Assembly (NCBI RefSeq): GCF_009914755.1
Contig: NC_060930.1
Direction: 5' to 3' (one strand)
Source: the human T2T-CHM13v2.0 reference genome, Homo sapiens
Length of the DNA stretch: 64,000 bases
A program made the position numbers and the translations under genes. This document shows positions 15,001 to 29,382 of this stretch, one piece after another. Every line of letters begins with the position of its first letter. Position 1 is the stretch's first letter. The notes beneath the pieces were generated by a model. The model saw only the letters and a list, made by a program, of their open reading frames with translations, searched no databases and was not told where the DNA came from.

Positions 15001-16436
15001 GAGGGCTCCTCATTCTTCTACAGCTGTGTGTGTCCATCAGAGCCATAGCCTCAGAGCCAGAGGGTCACGGGAAGCAGGATCTCCTGTCCACCCCCACCTC
15101 CTTTCTCCATTTGTAGTGGGCCAGCTGCCCTCCTCACCTCTACTATCTTCTGCTCTCTACCTAGGGTCTGAAGAGGCATGAATCTTCATAGGCATCTGGC
15201 CACGGATCTGCTTTGCCTGGTTAATGATGTCGATGTCAGCTTTGTCCTCAACCACATACCATCCATAGTTTGTAGACACCATTCCCTTTACTGGTGGCCA
15301 ACTGAGACTTATAACTGAACATTTTACAAAATCCACAAAAAGTCCTTGATTCTCTGCTAGGTCTCTGATTATCATCTTGTCTGATTTAAAATGCTAAGCA
15401 GAATTGAATCATTGGAAGATACTGGGAAGAATCTTCCCGGTCAAGAATCAACATTCTTGACCTTCACCACCTTTTACCTCTGCCACCCAAGTTTTAAGAA
15501 CAAACAGCCAGGTACAGCGGTTAATAACAATAATTTTAGTTGCTGTAGTGCAGATAGAAGACAGTATAATACAGTAATGAAGGCACCCAAATGTCGGAGT
15601 TAGACTGTTAGAGATTCAAATACCATCTCTACTTTTTGATTGTTTAGCATTGGCCAATTGACACAATTACTTTTAAGTTCCACATGTGAAAATAAACTTG
15701 ATAATGGTATTTATCTCATAGGATGTTATGCAGATTCAGTGAGATAATGTATAAAGAACTTAGCACAAGGACTGATGGATTGAAAGCGCTAGGTAAACAT
15801 TTCTTCTTTATGTTTGCTACCATTGAGAAGCGTTTACATGTACCAGACATGCCAGTGCATTGACTACTTTATATACACATGTCTACTTCATTAGGAGCTC
15901 CACAAATAGCTTCACCCCAGATAGGGCTGCCACCAAAGCTCTCTGAATTTTGTCATAGAGGGCAGTGGCAATTTATGGCCCCAGGGCACCTAGCTTTGCT
16001 CAGAAAATGTCCTTCATCAGCTTGCTAGTGCCAAGAGTGAGCAAGCTTTTTCTAAATCTTCCAAGAGAGATCCTGGTAAATAAAAGGGTTATTTCTCCTG
16101 TCAAAGTGCTGGGTGGTCACCACATCAACAAATAGGGATTCAGTCACTCACTTCCTCTCCAAATTGAGGTCACTGAGTAGTGAACAACAGTTTCTGGGTA
16201 ACAGCCATCTACTTGGTAAGGTTCACCCATTCATTCAAAGCCACGTAACTATTCCACACAGCTTGATCCTGAAACAGAAAACAGTCAATGTGGCCAGTAA
16301 ATGATGGCTTATATGGAGATAGGCCTTTCCTTTTCAGGACCATTATATGTAACTGTGCTCATGCCCTGCTTGACTCAAGCAGCTTGTTTAAAGAGCATGC
16401 CTTCTTCTATTCGTCCCATACATAAGAACTACAGGT

Positions 16437-16740
16437 GGCTGGGTATAGTGACTCATGCTTATAATCCCAGCAGTTTGGGAGGCTGAGGCAGAAGAATCAC
16501 TTGAGGCCAGGAGTTCAAGACTAGCCTGGACAGCATAATGAGACCTCATCCCTAGAAAAAAAATTTAAAAATAGCCAGATCTGGTGGTGTGCACCTGCAG
16601 TCCTACCTGCTTGGGAGGCTGAGGCAGGATTGCTTGAGCCCAGGAGTTCAAAGTTACCTATGAGCTACGATCACACCACTGCACTCCAGCCTGGGCAACA
16701 GGGGAAGATCCTGTCTCTAAACAATATTTTTTTAAAAAAA
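16437..16740 (+). mobile_element. AluJ
   Basis: Full dimer; degenerate TSD aagaactacagg / aaggactacagg. Confidence 0.9.
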
Positions 16741-16946
16741 GGACTACAGGAGTCTCTTATCTGATTTGAGAGCCATGTTTCTTAACCAAAGTGGGGACTT
16801 TTTCTTCTGATAGGCTAACTCATGAGGTCACAGAATGAGACAGAGTCTTCCATGGTGATCCCTCATAGCCACCAATAGAAAACTAATTCAGTTAGAATAT
16901 AAACAGTGTAAATTAGATGAAGAATCTTCTAGTATTTATTCCTTTA

Positions 16947-17140
16947 GCTACCTTAGCACTATTGTCATCTTGAACTGGGTAATTCTTTGTTGGAGGAGCT
17001 GTTCTGTGCATTATATAATGTTTAGCAAGATCACTGGCCTCTATCCACTAGATGGTAGTAGCAGCACCCTCCACCCACCAGAAATTGCCAAATGTCCCTG
17101 GGGGGTGAGGGGAGCTAAATCACCCTCAGTCAAAAGCCGT
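16947..17140 (-). mobile_element. MER20 (hAT-Charlie)
   Basis: Reverse complement of MER20 (ggcctctatccactagatg, attgccaaatgtccc). Confidence 0.75.
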
Positions 17141-17499
17141 AATGTATAAAAATATCTTTCCATGAAAGACAGAATCTCCAGTTGTTTCTTCTAGATAGAC
17201 AAGAGAGTTTGTCAGTTACGCCTATTAAATTTTACCTTCTGAAAGGACTATCTTCTGGAAGTGCCTTTTTCCTTTTCTTATAGGTTGTTAATCTGGTCTT
17301 TGATGCTGTGTTCTCATCCAGAAGACATTAGATAGTCAAAGGACAGGGAACTACCATTAGAAGACTGAGTTTTATTCCAACACTGCTATTATTAGCCTTG
17401 GCACTGAGCAAATCCTTTAACTACTCTAAGCCTTAGTTTACCTATCTGTCATCAATGTTGTGGAAAGAGAAATATGTATGTACAAAAGCATCTTTAAAA

Positions 17500-18555
17500 A
17501 ACAAAGAAGTCACCTAGCACTCAGATCTTAGTTTCTAACGCCATTCTCCAGTATTAGAAGCCAGGGCTCCTTGGAGAAATCTCTGACTTTAGGCCTGGGG
17601 CAGGAAATATACAAGATGACCTAGAGCATCTTGTAGTGCCAGAAGTAAATAAATGCTTTTTAAAAATTACAATGATGGAGGTGTGTAAAAGGGACACAGG
17701 AATTAAAGGATAGAGCTCCCAATGGCTAATGCTGGAACAATTTGAGAACAAAATAAATAAAGTAGTATGGAATTATAACCCAGAGTATAAAATAACCATC
17801 AATGAGTCTGATATAAATAAGTGATTAACAAGTAAATAAATGGGGAGAAGAGACTAATCTACCACACAAAATATTTCCAAAATAGTTTATGCACACATTT
17901 TACCTTCAAGAAGGTAGAGCATGAATTTTTACTCCTTAAGGGTAGCCTGTGCATTGTACTTCCTTACAAAGAGTACAGTATGGAAAGGGGCGGGGGGAAG
18001 AGTAACTTTGCAGTGGAGCAACCTGACAAATACTGTCCTGGCCAAATCATCCAGGTCAACATCAACAGTGACCCTTAATAGTATATACCCTTAATATAAC
18101 ATGAGAGTGGCACTTTATCTCCATGGTCTTCCACCCAATAACACATAACCCAGTCTAATGAAAAAGTCAGACAAATCCCAATTGAAGGACATTCTACAAA
18201 ATATCTAACTAGTACTCCATAAAACTGTCAAAGTTACCAAAAACAGGGGAGGTCTGAAACTATGTCACGGTCAAGAGTAACCTAAGGAGACATAACCAGT
18301 AAACGTAATATGGTATCCTGGATGGGATCCTGGCACAGAAAAGAGACATTAGGTAAAAATTAAGGAAATCTAAATGAAGTGAGGACTTTAGTTAATAATA
18401 ATGTATTGGTATTGCTTCACTAATTGTGACAAATGTACCATAATATTGAAAGATATTGATAGGGAAATTGAGTGTGAGGTGTATGGGAACTCTGGACTAT
18501 CTTTGTAATTTTTCTGTCCATCTAAAACTACTAAAATTAAAATTTTATTTTAAAA
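17500..18555 (+). mobile_element. L1MC/L1MD 3' end
   Basis: gagcatcttgtagtgccagaa and ggtatcctggatgggatcctgg motifs of L1MC/MD 3' UTRs. Confidence 0.8.
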
Positions 18556-19022
18556 AGCATAGCTAAATAAAGGTAAGACACTATTATAAGTAATGGTTAT
18601 TTTATCCAGAAGGATATTATCGAGCTCTGGTATATAATTCCCTTAGTTTTAAAAGTCTATTCATGAAGTCATTCCTCAACTTCTCTCTCTGGGTGATATT
18701 TAATGTCCTTATGGATCGTACTTCATCTCTTCTCCCACTAGCTTGGAGCAGTTTCAGGTTCCCAGCTAAAGAAACTGAAGGATATCACATAACAGTTCTT
18801 CACCTTCTTGGCATAAATCCTGTGGCAGACCATGTTTACTTTTTCTTATGAGGAAATCCACATATGCTCCCTTCTTCTTCCCCCACCCACTCAGAAATAC
18901 AGCTGCCTTACAACTTACCAGTGCTTTTTTCTAACCAAGGTCTGAAAGGTTCTCTGTTTAGTTTCTTTGTTCTCAAGAGGAATGGAAAAAAGCGGGAAGG
19001 TACTATGGTAGCACCCCACAGC

Positions 19023-19088
19023 ACCAACTTGCCCAGTAGGAGTGAAGTACTAACTTGCCCAATAGGAGTGAAGTACCAACTTGCCCAA
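19023..19088. repeat. 26-bp tandem repeat, ~2.5 copies
   Basis: accaacttgcccagtaggagtgaagt / actaacttgcccaataggagtgaagt / accaacttgcccaa. Confidence 0.9.
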
Positions 19089-19966
19089 GAGGTACTGCAC
19101 CTAGATGTGTGCAGAATAAGAAGGTGAGATAAGGGGATCCTTCAGAATGAGTCACCACATGTAAAATCTTGGAGGGACAATACATGAGCAGATAAAAAAG
19201 TTTAATATAGGTAACTACAATTAGTTACCTCTATGATACTCTTGCCTTTTTGGCTGTAGCCATTATAACTAACTGTGTAATTGGAAGTCATTCCCACCAC
19301 CTTTATTTCAGTGAACAGTATTGTTTATTCATTCTGGGCATATTGCACTGTATAAAGGTATGTATTTGAACATAGTTTGTTACAGAAATTGAATTTAGAA
19401 TCACTCCAGTATATAGAGTAGTGTTCTGTAATCCGTTGGTGAAGAAGAATTGACCAATCAAATTTCCCTAATGAGACCAGTGACTTATGGGACTGCCTCG
19501 GTAATGCTTTTCAGTTCTGAGAACTTCAGTGAGGTGAGCATTTGCCAGAGTCAGGTTTACTGATGATATTAAAAGTCTTGGTTAATATAAAGATAATAGG
19601 GCAAACAACATGTGCTTACTATTATTTAGGCTTGTTTGACATCCCTTCCCACCCATGAAGTCGGGAAGGTAATATGTGGCCACTTCTGACATGTGAGGTC
19701 ATGGGCAAGGACATGCAGCCGAAAGAAACACAGGTGTACAGCCTAAGCCACTTGATTCTGGGCAGAGTATTTCCCCTTCTAGCCTGCACTGAAGCCTTGG
19801 CATGGTTTCATGATTATAATTATTGCCTCTACTTTTTTAAATGCTCTATTTCTGGACCAAATCATGTTTGCTTATTATTTGGATCCAAATGCCACACTGG
19901 TAGATTTATGCACCTACAGCTGATAATTTTAGGAACTGTGAAATAAAGTTAATTTACACCTGGAGG

Positions 19967-20150
19967 AGTGCTGACCAATAGAACTTCCTGGAGTGAAGAA
20001 ATAGTCTATATCCAGGCTGTCCAGTGTGGTAGCCATTAACCACATGTGGCTACCGAGCACTTGAAATGTGGCAGGGAGTTGCAGGAACTGACTTAAATTT
20101 TACTTAATTTAACTTGAAGTAGCCACGTGTGGCCCATACCTGCTAGAGCA
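19967..20150. mobile_element. MER3 (hAT)
   Basis: tagccattaaccacatgtggctaccgagcacttgaaatgtggc. Confidence 0.75.
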
Positions 20151-21329
20151 CCAGTCTAGACAGTGTAGGAATCCTCCATGTGATGCAGGCTCCCCTACCT
20201 TAGCTCTGGGCCTTCCTTGCACACACTTGGCTATTCTTTTCGAGAAAACATTTCTGTAGTACCTTTTTTTCTTATGCTTAGCATGGTTGGAATACATAGA
20301 TCAGTAGCAGAACAAAGTTCCTTCTCAATTTTGGCCCACTTAAATCTAAAGCTGTAAGTTCTTAAACTCATCACTAAAAAATAAAATTCACTGAGTTTTG
20401 TTCGCCATACTCTTTTTTAGGGGAAACGAGGAAACAATGATCCCATATGTTCTTGATTCCACCTTTAAGAGTTTCAACCTTTAGAAAATTATTATTGGCA
20501 ATAGGTTTATTTCTTTAATTCTAAAAACAAAGGCTATTTTCTTTTACAGATGCAAATCTGTTAATTTGATGCCTGCAAAGTTCAGTGACACTAAGTTTAG
20601 ATTGAGTGGTATTTACAGAGTCATATGAAAATCCAGTCACATGATGTTTGTTAGGTTAAGAATGGCATTCTGAGATTATAGTCTAGGAAAGGGGGAACTG
20701 CAGTGTACAGTTTCATAAATGCATTGCAGATAAACATTAAAATATTAAGACAATGACAGCTATTTTTATTATTGTTAACTTGAGCAAGTAAATTCAGAAG
20801 CTCTATGGAAAGAATCAGAAAAAGTGACAGTTCTTAATTACCTCACATTTCCTTAACTAGAAAATCTTAAGGAGTGAGGAAAGTACAAAGGCAACAAATA
20901 TTACTAGGGGTAATGTAGTAATGCAAAAAGGGAGGGAGGGGCTGTCTCATAATAAACTTTTACTTTTCCAAACATGGTTTTTCACTTAATACAAGTGGTT
21001 TTTTAAATTTAATTTAATACACAAATTTTTTCCCACAGATTATGATATTAAACATTTTTATGGTAGGACACAGGAAATAGTGAAGTTATGTAAAATGTCA
21101 CTTAATGCAAATTTGAACAAACCAAATTACCAAGTGGTTGCTTTTCTATACTAAACAGTTTTACAGTATTGTATTAGATTCTCATTTAATGTGAGTCTTT
21201 CATTTCTGATTTAACACTTGTTTTTATTCTATTTCTTGGATTCATTTTCATGGTCATGAAACTATTATGTCAGTTCTTTATTATTACTTTACTATACATT
21301 GTTATTAAATGTGAACATATTTTCAGCTA

Positions 21330-21900
21330 ATAGAGCCCTGCAGTCCGCCAGAAGCTCTCTTCATGCTCCCTTCTAGCCAACATCCCTTTCCTGGAGAGAC
21401 ACCTAACACCACAGATTAATTTTGTCTCATTTTTTATTTTATATATGTAATTATGCAGTATGTATTTTCCTGCATCTAGTGGCTCTTCCTCAACATTATG
21501 CTCCTATAATGTCTCCCTGTTACTGAATGTCACAGTAATTCATTAATTTTCATTGCTGTACAATATGCCATTATATTAATATAACTACACCACATTTTAT
21601 TTATTCATCCTACCCTTGGTAGACGTGAGTTAATTTAATTGGGGACTGTTATAAATAATGCCTCATGAACATCATTTACATGTGATTTTCATGCCTATTT
21701 ACATGTTACCCTTAGAGCTACACCTAGAATTAGAATTGCCACATTATAGGGTGTATTTGTGAGTTCAGTTTTAGTAGGAACTGCCAAATAATTTTTCAAA
21801 GTACTTGCACAGTGTGAGTTCCAGATACCTTATATTCTCAATATCTTCACCAGTACTTGATGTTGTCAGAAATATTTTTTGCCACTTGATATCTATAATT
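21330..21900 (-). mobile_element. Old L1ME 3' fragment
   Basis: Degenerate L1 antisense motifs (ttcattgctgtacaatatgccatt, aactgccaaataatttttcaaag). Confidence 0.6.
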
Positions 21901-23056
21901 ATTATCATAATTTACCTTTTAGAGAACACCAGTAGTTTTAGACGACAGATGCCCTGACACACACACGGTGATCATCAAATATACCTATTCCCAGCTCTCC
22001 ATAGACCCGCTGAAAAAAAACCCTCGAAGGCTGTGGCCTCTGACCCAGCTCACTTTGGGCAGTATAATTTGGAATTTGGTCCTGCAGTGAAACACTTGGG
22101 TAAGGGAGAGGACGATGCACTGCTGTGAGCCTGAAGGCTTTTGGTGGGGTAAGAAACACTTCAGGAGTTAATACCACCGAGTTTGTCAAGTGCTCTCAGA
22201 GTGTGTTTGTTGAATTTTTATAATAAAGTAACTTCATAAATAGCCCTCAATTTACTCAGTTGAATACAACAAATTGCTTTTTGGTAATTACTTCATTCTC
22301 AGCCTTGAATGTAGAAATGTAAAAGGGATGAGAGGTAGTGACTGAGAAAGATTCAAAAAGATGCACTACCTAATTAGTAATCAGGGAAATGCAAGGTAAA
22401 ACAATGAGATGTCCACTTTCACTTAGTATATTAGCAAAAATTAAGATCTGACAGTATGACCTGATGAGAGTGTGGGGTAAGTGTACACACATATATGCTG
22501 CTAACAATGTTAAAAACTATTGTCCCCAACAATTCTGAAAGCAAACTCAGTGTAAATATTAAGATTAGAAACGCAGATATGCAATGAGCCAGCCGTTTAA
22601 CATTTATAAGCCCTAAAGAAGTACTCATATGTATACATGGACTCAGATACAATGTTGTTTACTCCAGAATTTATAATGAAAAAAATCACCAAAGTACTGT
22701 TGTATTCATATGCTGGATTGCAATGTTGTGGTTAAAAAGAATGAAGCGTTTCTAGAATGTAAGGTCTATGAGAGAAAAAACTTTGTCCATGTTTTCAACA
22801 AGTAGAACAATGAATAGTGTGTAGTAGGTGCTCAGTAATTATTTGTTATAATTACATGGCTAGATTTAAGTACGTGGCTAGATTTTGAAGTCATTTTTTT
22901 GGGTGAGGAAAGCAAATTGCACAAAATGTGTACTAGAAAATACATGTATATGTGTGTGTAAGTCCATAACACCTTATTGGAAAGATACACACCAAAATGT
23001 GAACTACATATGTGTGTATGCAAGTCCGTAGAAATTTATCTGAAAAGTATACAGTG

Positions 23057-23252
23057 CAGAAGTGTCCAAGCAAATAATACATTCATGGGTTCTTAGTTTC
23101 TGTTTCTGGTTAGGCCGGTAAAACCCCTTCCTCATCCCTCTTTTCTGCTTATCATTACAGACAGAAACTAAAAACCATGTCTTCAGGCTGCTAAAAGCCT
23201 AAAACAAAACAAAATAGAACAACAACAAAATAAGCCGGGCTGGACAAGCTTG
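23057..23252. mobile_element. MER107/MER30-related hAT-Charlie MITE
   Basis: Ends cagaagtgtccaag ... tggacaagcttg resemble MER30/MER107 TIRs; internal sequence recalled as MER107. Confidence 0.65.
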
Positions 23253-26200
23253 GTGTGACACTAAAATGACAACAATGATACTAGGGACCAGAAACTGAGA
23301 GTACTATTTAGAGAAGACTTCAGACTTTTTTTTTATGTTTCAAAATTTAGAACATATATTTGGAAATTTGGAAGTGTTCACATATCTTACTTGAGTAATT
23401 ATGAGATAATTTTAAAATAACATTTAACCTTAGAAAGATAATTTCCCTGTTATCTGGTAGGTTGGAACTTACTGAGTCAGCAGCTTCTCCCTCTGGAGCC
23501 CCACAGTCTCTACACAGATATACAGAGCATCTGATCTTGCTAGACCTAGTCTTCCCAAAGGAAATTCCTTAAATATGTGGAATAAATTGGGGGGGAAAAA
23601 AGGCTGTTCAGATATTTTATACATTTCTTTAAGAATAAACCAGCTGTTTGTGTAGTTTCCGTCTTTATTCTGATTTTGTATTAAAAGGGTACATTTTAAA
23701 TTTTTCACTAATTGTATTTACATCTTTACAACAAGGCTGTAAAATGTCTTAATAAAGGGGATAAAACAATAAGATTAGTAGATATGACAGTAAGGAATGT
23801 GTAATGAAAAAATCAAAGAGACCAAGATTTTCATTCCATCCTGCTGTTTTCCTCATTATGTCATGATGATAGGCAAGTCAGCCTCTCTAGGCCTCATTTT
23901 CATATCTGCACAATGAGATTAGGTTTTGTGGTCCCCAAGGTTCTAGTAGCTACCCCAAGTTTCTCTGCTCAGTCCTTTGAGAATGATCTAATAGACCATT
24001 GGACCATCTAGCCCAGTGTTTTTTCCTGGAAGTAACAAAAAGTAGAACCACCCTGCCTCCTGCTCAGTAGGACTTTTAGGGTTTTTTCATAGCATATGTT
24101 TCAAAATATGTTTTGAAGGTAAGTAGCATTTTGATAAGGGAAATCTTGCATTTTGGGCCCATGCAGGGCAATTCCATGATGCAGTGTGGCCCATAGCATT
24201 TCGTGGTTAATCAACTGCCTGTACTTAGGCCAGAGGAACTTGTTAAAGTAAAAATAGCTCTAACACAAAATTTTTACTATGTGTAAAGCATTGTGCTAAA
24301 TGTTTCACATATATCATTGCATATAATTCACACAATTACCTAATGGGGTGAGTGTTATAACTGTGATCATTTTATAGATAAGCCAACAGTCTCTCAATGA
24401 CTAAAGCACTTACCCAAGGAAATTGCACAACTAAGACTTGACTCAAGACTGTCTGATTTGGGTCCATACCACCCAGGAACACTGGAGACCATATCCTGTA
24501 ATATACTTTTATCTGTGTGTCTACTCTGGTACAGAACTTTGTGCTCTGAAGCTTTTCAGTAGAAATGGAATAGCAACTCTCCTTACATCAACAGCAACAG
24601 CTGTTTCTTAATGAAGTCACCTGCAAATTATGAATTTCTTTCTGCCATCCCTCCTACCCTGCTCCATAATGATTTAATTTGCTGGCATGAGACATTTAGA
24701 TAAAGTTCCTTTTGATGTTTTAAATGGATTTTATATCTGGAGGGCAAAACATTTTCTTTGCCATAGTTTTTAGATAAACTGTTAATTGGTCGAAGTCTAG
24801 TGCAGTTTCCTCTTTACTCACATTTTTCTTCATTGAATACACATAGGGCATTTAGTGTTTATTGCTAACATTTGCCAAATAATTGTGTGCAAAATATTTG
24901 TCTCATTTAAATTGGATTTTAAATGTTTTCTTCTTGTTTATTGAGTAATTCTAGAATTTAAAGTTCTCTGGATTTATATTGACATCTTTCCTTTTAAAAA
25001 TAAATAGTCTGATCACTTATGTCATATGCTTTCTTAACAAACTTTTTCCTAGGTCAAAAGAATGTAATTTTTTATTAGAAAATAGTTTCATTATTACAAT
25101 ATTGTTTTATTCAGATCCTCTGGGAGCTGATATCTCTGCATTAATAACTATACCTATTCCCTGCCTACAGCAGATTTCTTCCACTTTATTCTGAAAGATT
25201 GAAGGTATGCACTCAATAAATGGATCATATGTCTTAAGAAATCATGGGAAAAAATATTTCTGTACCTGCATTTCCTTTTAAGATCAAGATAGCTATAGAA
25301 GTAAATGTTTTCTTTTTTATGGTGGACTTAATGTATTCTAAAGAGAGAAAGCAAAAAAAAATCCTTTACAATCTTTAATTAGATAGATGATAGATACATA
25401 TGTCCATATTATATAGGTAAAGACTAAGTTTATAACCTTATTTTTCAGATTTTTTTTCATGCTTACCGGGTAAAGAGTTACTTAATTTTTGGTTTAAAAA
25501 GTCTTTCATCTTTATGTTTGAAAAGTATATATGATTGTATTTTATTATGATTATATGTTAATTCTAAAAAATACCCAAAATATATAAACTTGTTGCATTA
25601 GATTGGAAGCAGGCAGTGTGAAAAAGGCAAAAATAAGACCAAAGAAGAAAAAAGAGGAATTTAGATGGTTAAAAGCCCTGCTTAGAGTAGAATATTCTGG
25701 GAACCCAGCCATTACTCAACTGTGAACCCCTCGTGCCCAGGTTCCCACTGTATTTCTACCTGAGTCTCTGCCCACTCCTTGCAGAGGCTATAAAGAGCTG
25801 CCCCAGGCTTTCTTTACTCTGTGCCTCATTACTGATCATTATGGAATGAGGACTGGGTTCCCATCACAGATTATTTTTGTTATTTATATTGATTTGGGAG
25901 CTGAGTTTAGCATAGTGTATACATACTGAAATGCTGTCTCGGCATTCTGTTAGGCTACCTACTACAGAAGAAAAACCAGGTTAGAAGAAACACAGTGAAA
26001 GTTCTATTCCAGGTCTTTCGTTTGTTAAATAATTGAGCACTTCAGTCCTCAGTGTGGGGCAGATTTCCTTAAGACATTGATAGTTAATGACCCCTAATAT
26101 CTAGCTTATGATTTCTATGTTCCTGTTATTTTTTCTGATCTCTTTGTGCCTCAAAGCTAGAGAAGTCAACTGTAACTTTTTTCAAAGGAATAAGCATTGC

Positions 26201-27148
26201 CACATTTCTGAGTCTGCTTTGCCCGGAGGCATCCCATTTTAGTTCTCCTAATTTTTTCCAGCTTCTCTCTTCTGAAGGAGGTGGAAGATTTCAAGTAAGG
26301 ATAATGTCAGTGGGCTGACTTCTGTTGAAAACAAAACCCTCCCAAAATGTTTTATGCTTCACAAATACATTTTAAAACCGTTTGAAATGAAAGCTACAGT
26401 GTATCTCTTTGAAGCTAGCCCCTAAAACCTGTCCCAGGTTTTACCTGGAGGCATCTTTGTTTTGCTGTACCAAGGAAAACATTCCTATTTCTTGCACAGT
26501 TAATTTGTAAGGCTGTACTTAGGCAATAGTGCCTTTATTCGTTCATCTCAAGCTACAAGCTCTTTAGTTCTTTCTGATCATGTCATCATGTCATCATGTG
26601 CATTTTTGGGATCTTTCAACTTCCTTTGACATTCATGAGGAAAAATATTACCAGTGGTGGCTTTCAGCCCTAGGCTTGTAGTGTCTTTCTGTGACCCTGC
26701 GATTGCTCTTTTAACAAGCAGACCAAGTGAGCCTGAAAACATCTTATTCAGAGACTAAAAATAAAGTGTGCTAAAATCATAAAAGCAATAGCAAAGGCAC
26801 ATATAGATAGGTTTTAAAGAGATGGCAGAGTAAAGAGACCCATCATCTGGCTCATAGAATATACTAATAGAGAACCCAGGCCAGAGAGTAATTGAAGGGC
26901 AGTTACATCATGGCTGGGGATCCACTGTGATTAAAAGATACATAAAGGTATTTATGTTGTCTTTCATTAGTTTGATCACAAATCATTTTGTAATATTCAC
27001 TCTGCTCAGAGACTGCATAGCCTTTAAACAAAGTCTCTTAAATTGATGATTTTATTATTCTTTTGGTACTTTCTAGTAATAGTGCATTATATATAACTAA
27101 TTGTATTTTTATTACGTTACTGTCCCGTAGTTATTAAATACTACATAT

Positions 27149-27306
27149 CAGGATTCAGCAAACCTTTTCTTAAAGGGCCAGATAGTAAATATTATAGGCT
27201 TTGGGCACCAAGAGACAAAATCAAGGCTATTATATTGATACTTACATTACCATTTTAAGATGTAAGCACCTTTCTTAGCTTGTGGGCTGTGGTTTGCCAA
27301 CCTCTG
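27149..27306. mobile_element. MER58 (hAT)
   Basis: cagcaaaccttttcttaaagggccagatagtaaatatt ... ggtttgccaacctctg. Confidence 0.75.
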
Positions 27307-28429
27307 GTCTTTATGGTCACCTGGTAAGTCTTGCCTGGTAGCTTTTTCCCACACACACTTACTTCTGTAGTTAGGAATCCTCTGGTACTTGCCTGATATT
27401 AGGAGTATAAACATGAATGTTAAGATGGTTCTTTTCTTAAAAGATCTCAGAGTCTCAGAAGAAAGAAAAATACATAAATATGCTTATTACAAGTGTTGAT
27501 TATAGTGTAACATGATGAATGCCATCATTGATGTGCAGAGTGGGTATTGGGGAGGGCTCCTCATAGAAGGTAACCTTGTGACAAGCCTCCAAGGTTCACC
27601 AGGCAGCAGAGGGAGGGCAGAGTATTCCAGGAAGGGAGATAATATTTATGCCTTAATTTTAGACGTTTATTTGGGTTTTTTTTTCCTATCTCAGTGGAAG
27701 GTCTGAGTTTCCAGATAATAGCAGAGACAATATCAGTTCAGTGACAAAGAACTTCTGCAGAAATCCTGAGGAAAAGCAGAATTGAATTTTATAATTATTA
27801 TCCAATAATTATATAGCTAAACAGGCATACCATTTAAAGCATTTGATTTCTGCTTCTGAACGCAAGTTATTTTTCTTTAACAGATAATGGTCATCAAATA
27901 AGTTAAATCTCAAACATATAGATTTAGACACATAAATGATGAGGTTTAGTGGATTAGGATTCTTGAGGACTCTATTCCATACCCAAGTTTGTTACTAACC
28001 GTAATTTTGAGCAAAATATGTGGTGGCTACTTAATCATCTTTAATATGACAAGGTTGAAGGGTGTGATTTCTAAGGCTCCTTTTAATTCTAGATATAATT
28101 AGAATGCATATTGATGGATACTTTTTTCCTCTGCAGAAATCTAATTTGGTGTTTCAATTTTCCTTTATGGCTTTTGAGTTCAGTGCCATGCTTAAAAGAC
28201 TTTCCACATTGCAAGATTTTAAATAAATTTATATGTAAGGTTCAAAAAGAAGCTAATTTGATTTGTCAAAATTTATCCAAATTCTGAACTCTCACTTATT
28301 AAAATTCTGAACAACCTCAAACCCCTGAAATGTAATAATGTACCATGTGAAAAAAAAAAAGAGTAAAGATTTGTGGTGACCCTGTAGTTACCATAGAGTC
28401 CCCAAATGCCTTGTAACTGGGCAGTATTG

Positions 28430-28670
28430 CACAAGCTCCGAAAGCAGACCGCCTGCATTCAAATTCCGATTCTGCCACATGGTAGCTGTGTGACTTTGGG
28501 CAAGTTCCTTAGCCTCTCTGTATCTCGGATTTTCAGTTGCAAAACGGGAATCATATAGGACCTGTTCCTGGGGTCATTATGAGGATTAAATCCATTAATA
28601 GTTATAAAGGTCTTGGAACTGTGTTTGGCAAAAATAAGCACTCAGATTATGTCAGTTATTATGAGGATAA
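28430..28670 (+). mobile_element. MIR
   Basis: agctgtgtgactttgggcaagttccttagcctctctg core. Confidence 0.8.
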
Positions 28671-28878
28671 TTATTATAAATAATCTATTTTAAAAGTGAT
28701 ATTAAGTTAAAACCATGGAAATGTTTTAAAATAAATGTTAATGCCATAGGAAATTCCTCAGATACAATGCTGAACAGAAACACAGGTAAAAAAAACTATA
28801 TATGGTATGCTTAAAATTCCCACAGAGTTAGATATGAACAGAAAATATACTGGCAGGAATCACATAGAAGTATTAGTA

Positions 28879-29382
28879 TGTTTGGCAGCTAGTCTACAAA
28901 GATAGCTCTCTAATGAATCATGCCTCCCAGAAGTCACACCTTTCTGTTTTCTTCTCCTTGAAAATGAGCTGGACCTCTATCATCAGTAAAATTCAGCAGA
29001 AGTGCTACTGTAAAATTCCTAAAACTAGGTCATAAGGAGCCTTGCAGCTTTTGCTTGTCTTAAAACACTTGCTCTGGGGGAAACACACCGCCACTTAAGA
29101 AGTCCAACTACTGTGAGACCCAAATGCAGAGAGAAAGCTCAAGCTAGCTAAGTGGAGAGATGTTTGTTTCACCAGCTCTCACCGTTCCAGCCAGCCCAGC
29201 CCAGGTGCCAGACAGTGAGTGAAGAAACCCTTAGATGATTCCATACCCCCGGGCACAACTCCAAGTGAGAAATGCCTGGCTGAGTTCAGTCAACCCTCAG
29301 AATCAGGAGATGATAATACATTGTTATTTTAAGCCATCATGTTTGAGGTGGTTTGTTGTGCAGCAATAAAAAACCCAATACA
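28879..29382 (+). mobile_element. MLT1-family MaLR solo LTR
   Basis: tg...ca ends; ttatttttaagcca...tggtttgttgtgcagcaata 3' signature. Confidence 0.75.

Noticed and set aside
17045-17058. CTCF-like CCACTAGATGGTAG in MER20
   Set aside because: Mismatch at a key core C; derived from the TE consensus.
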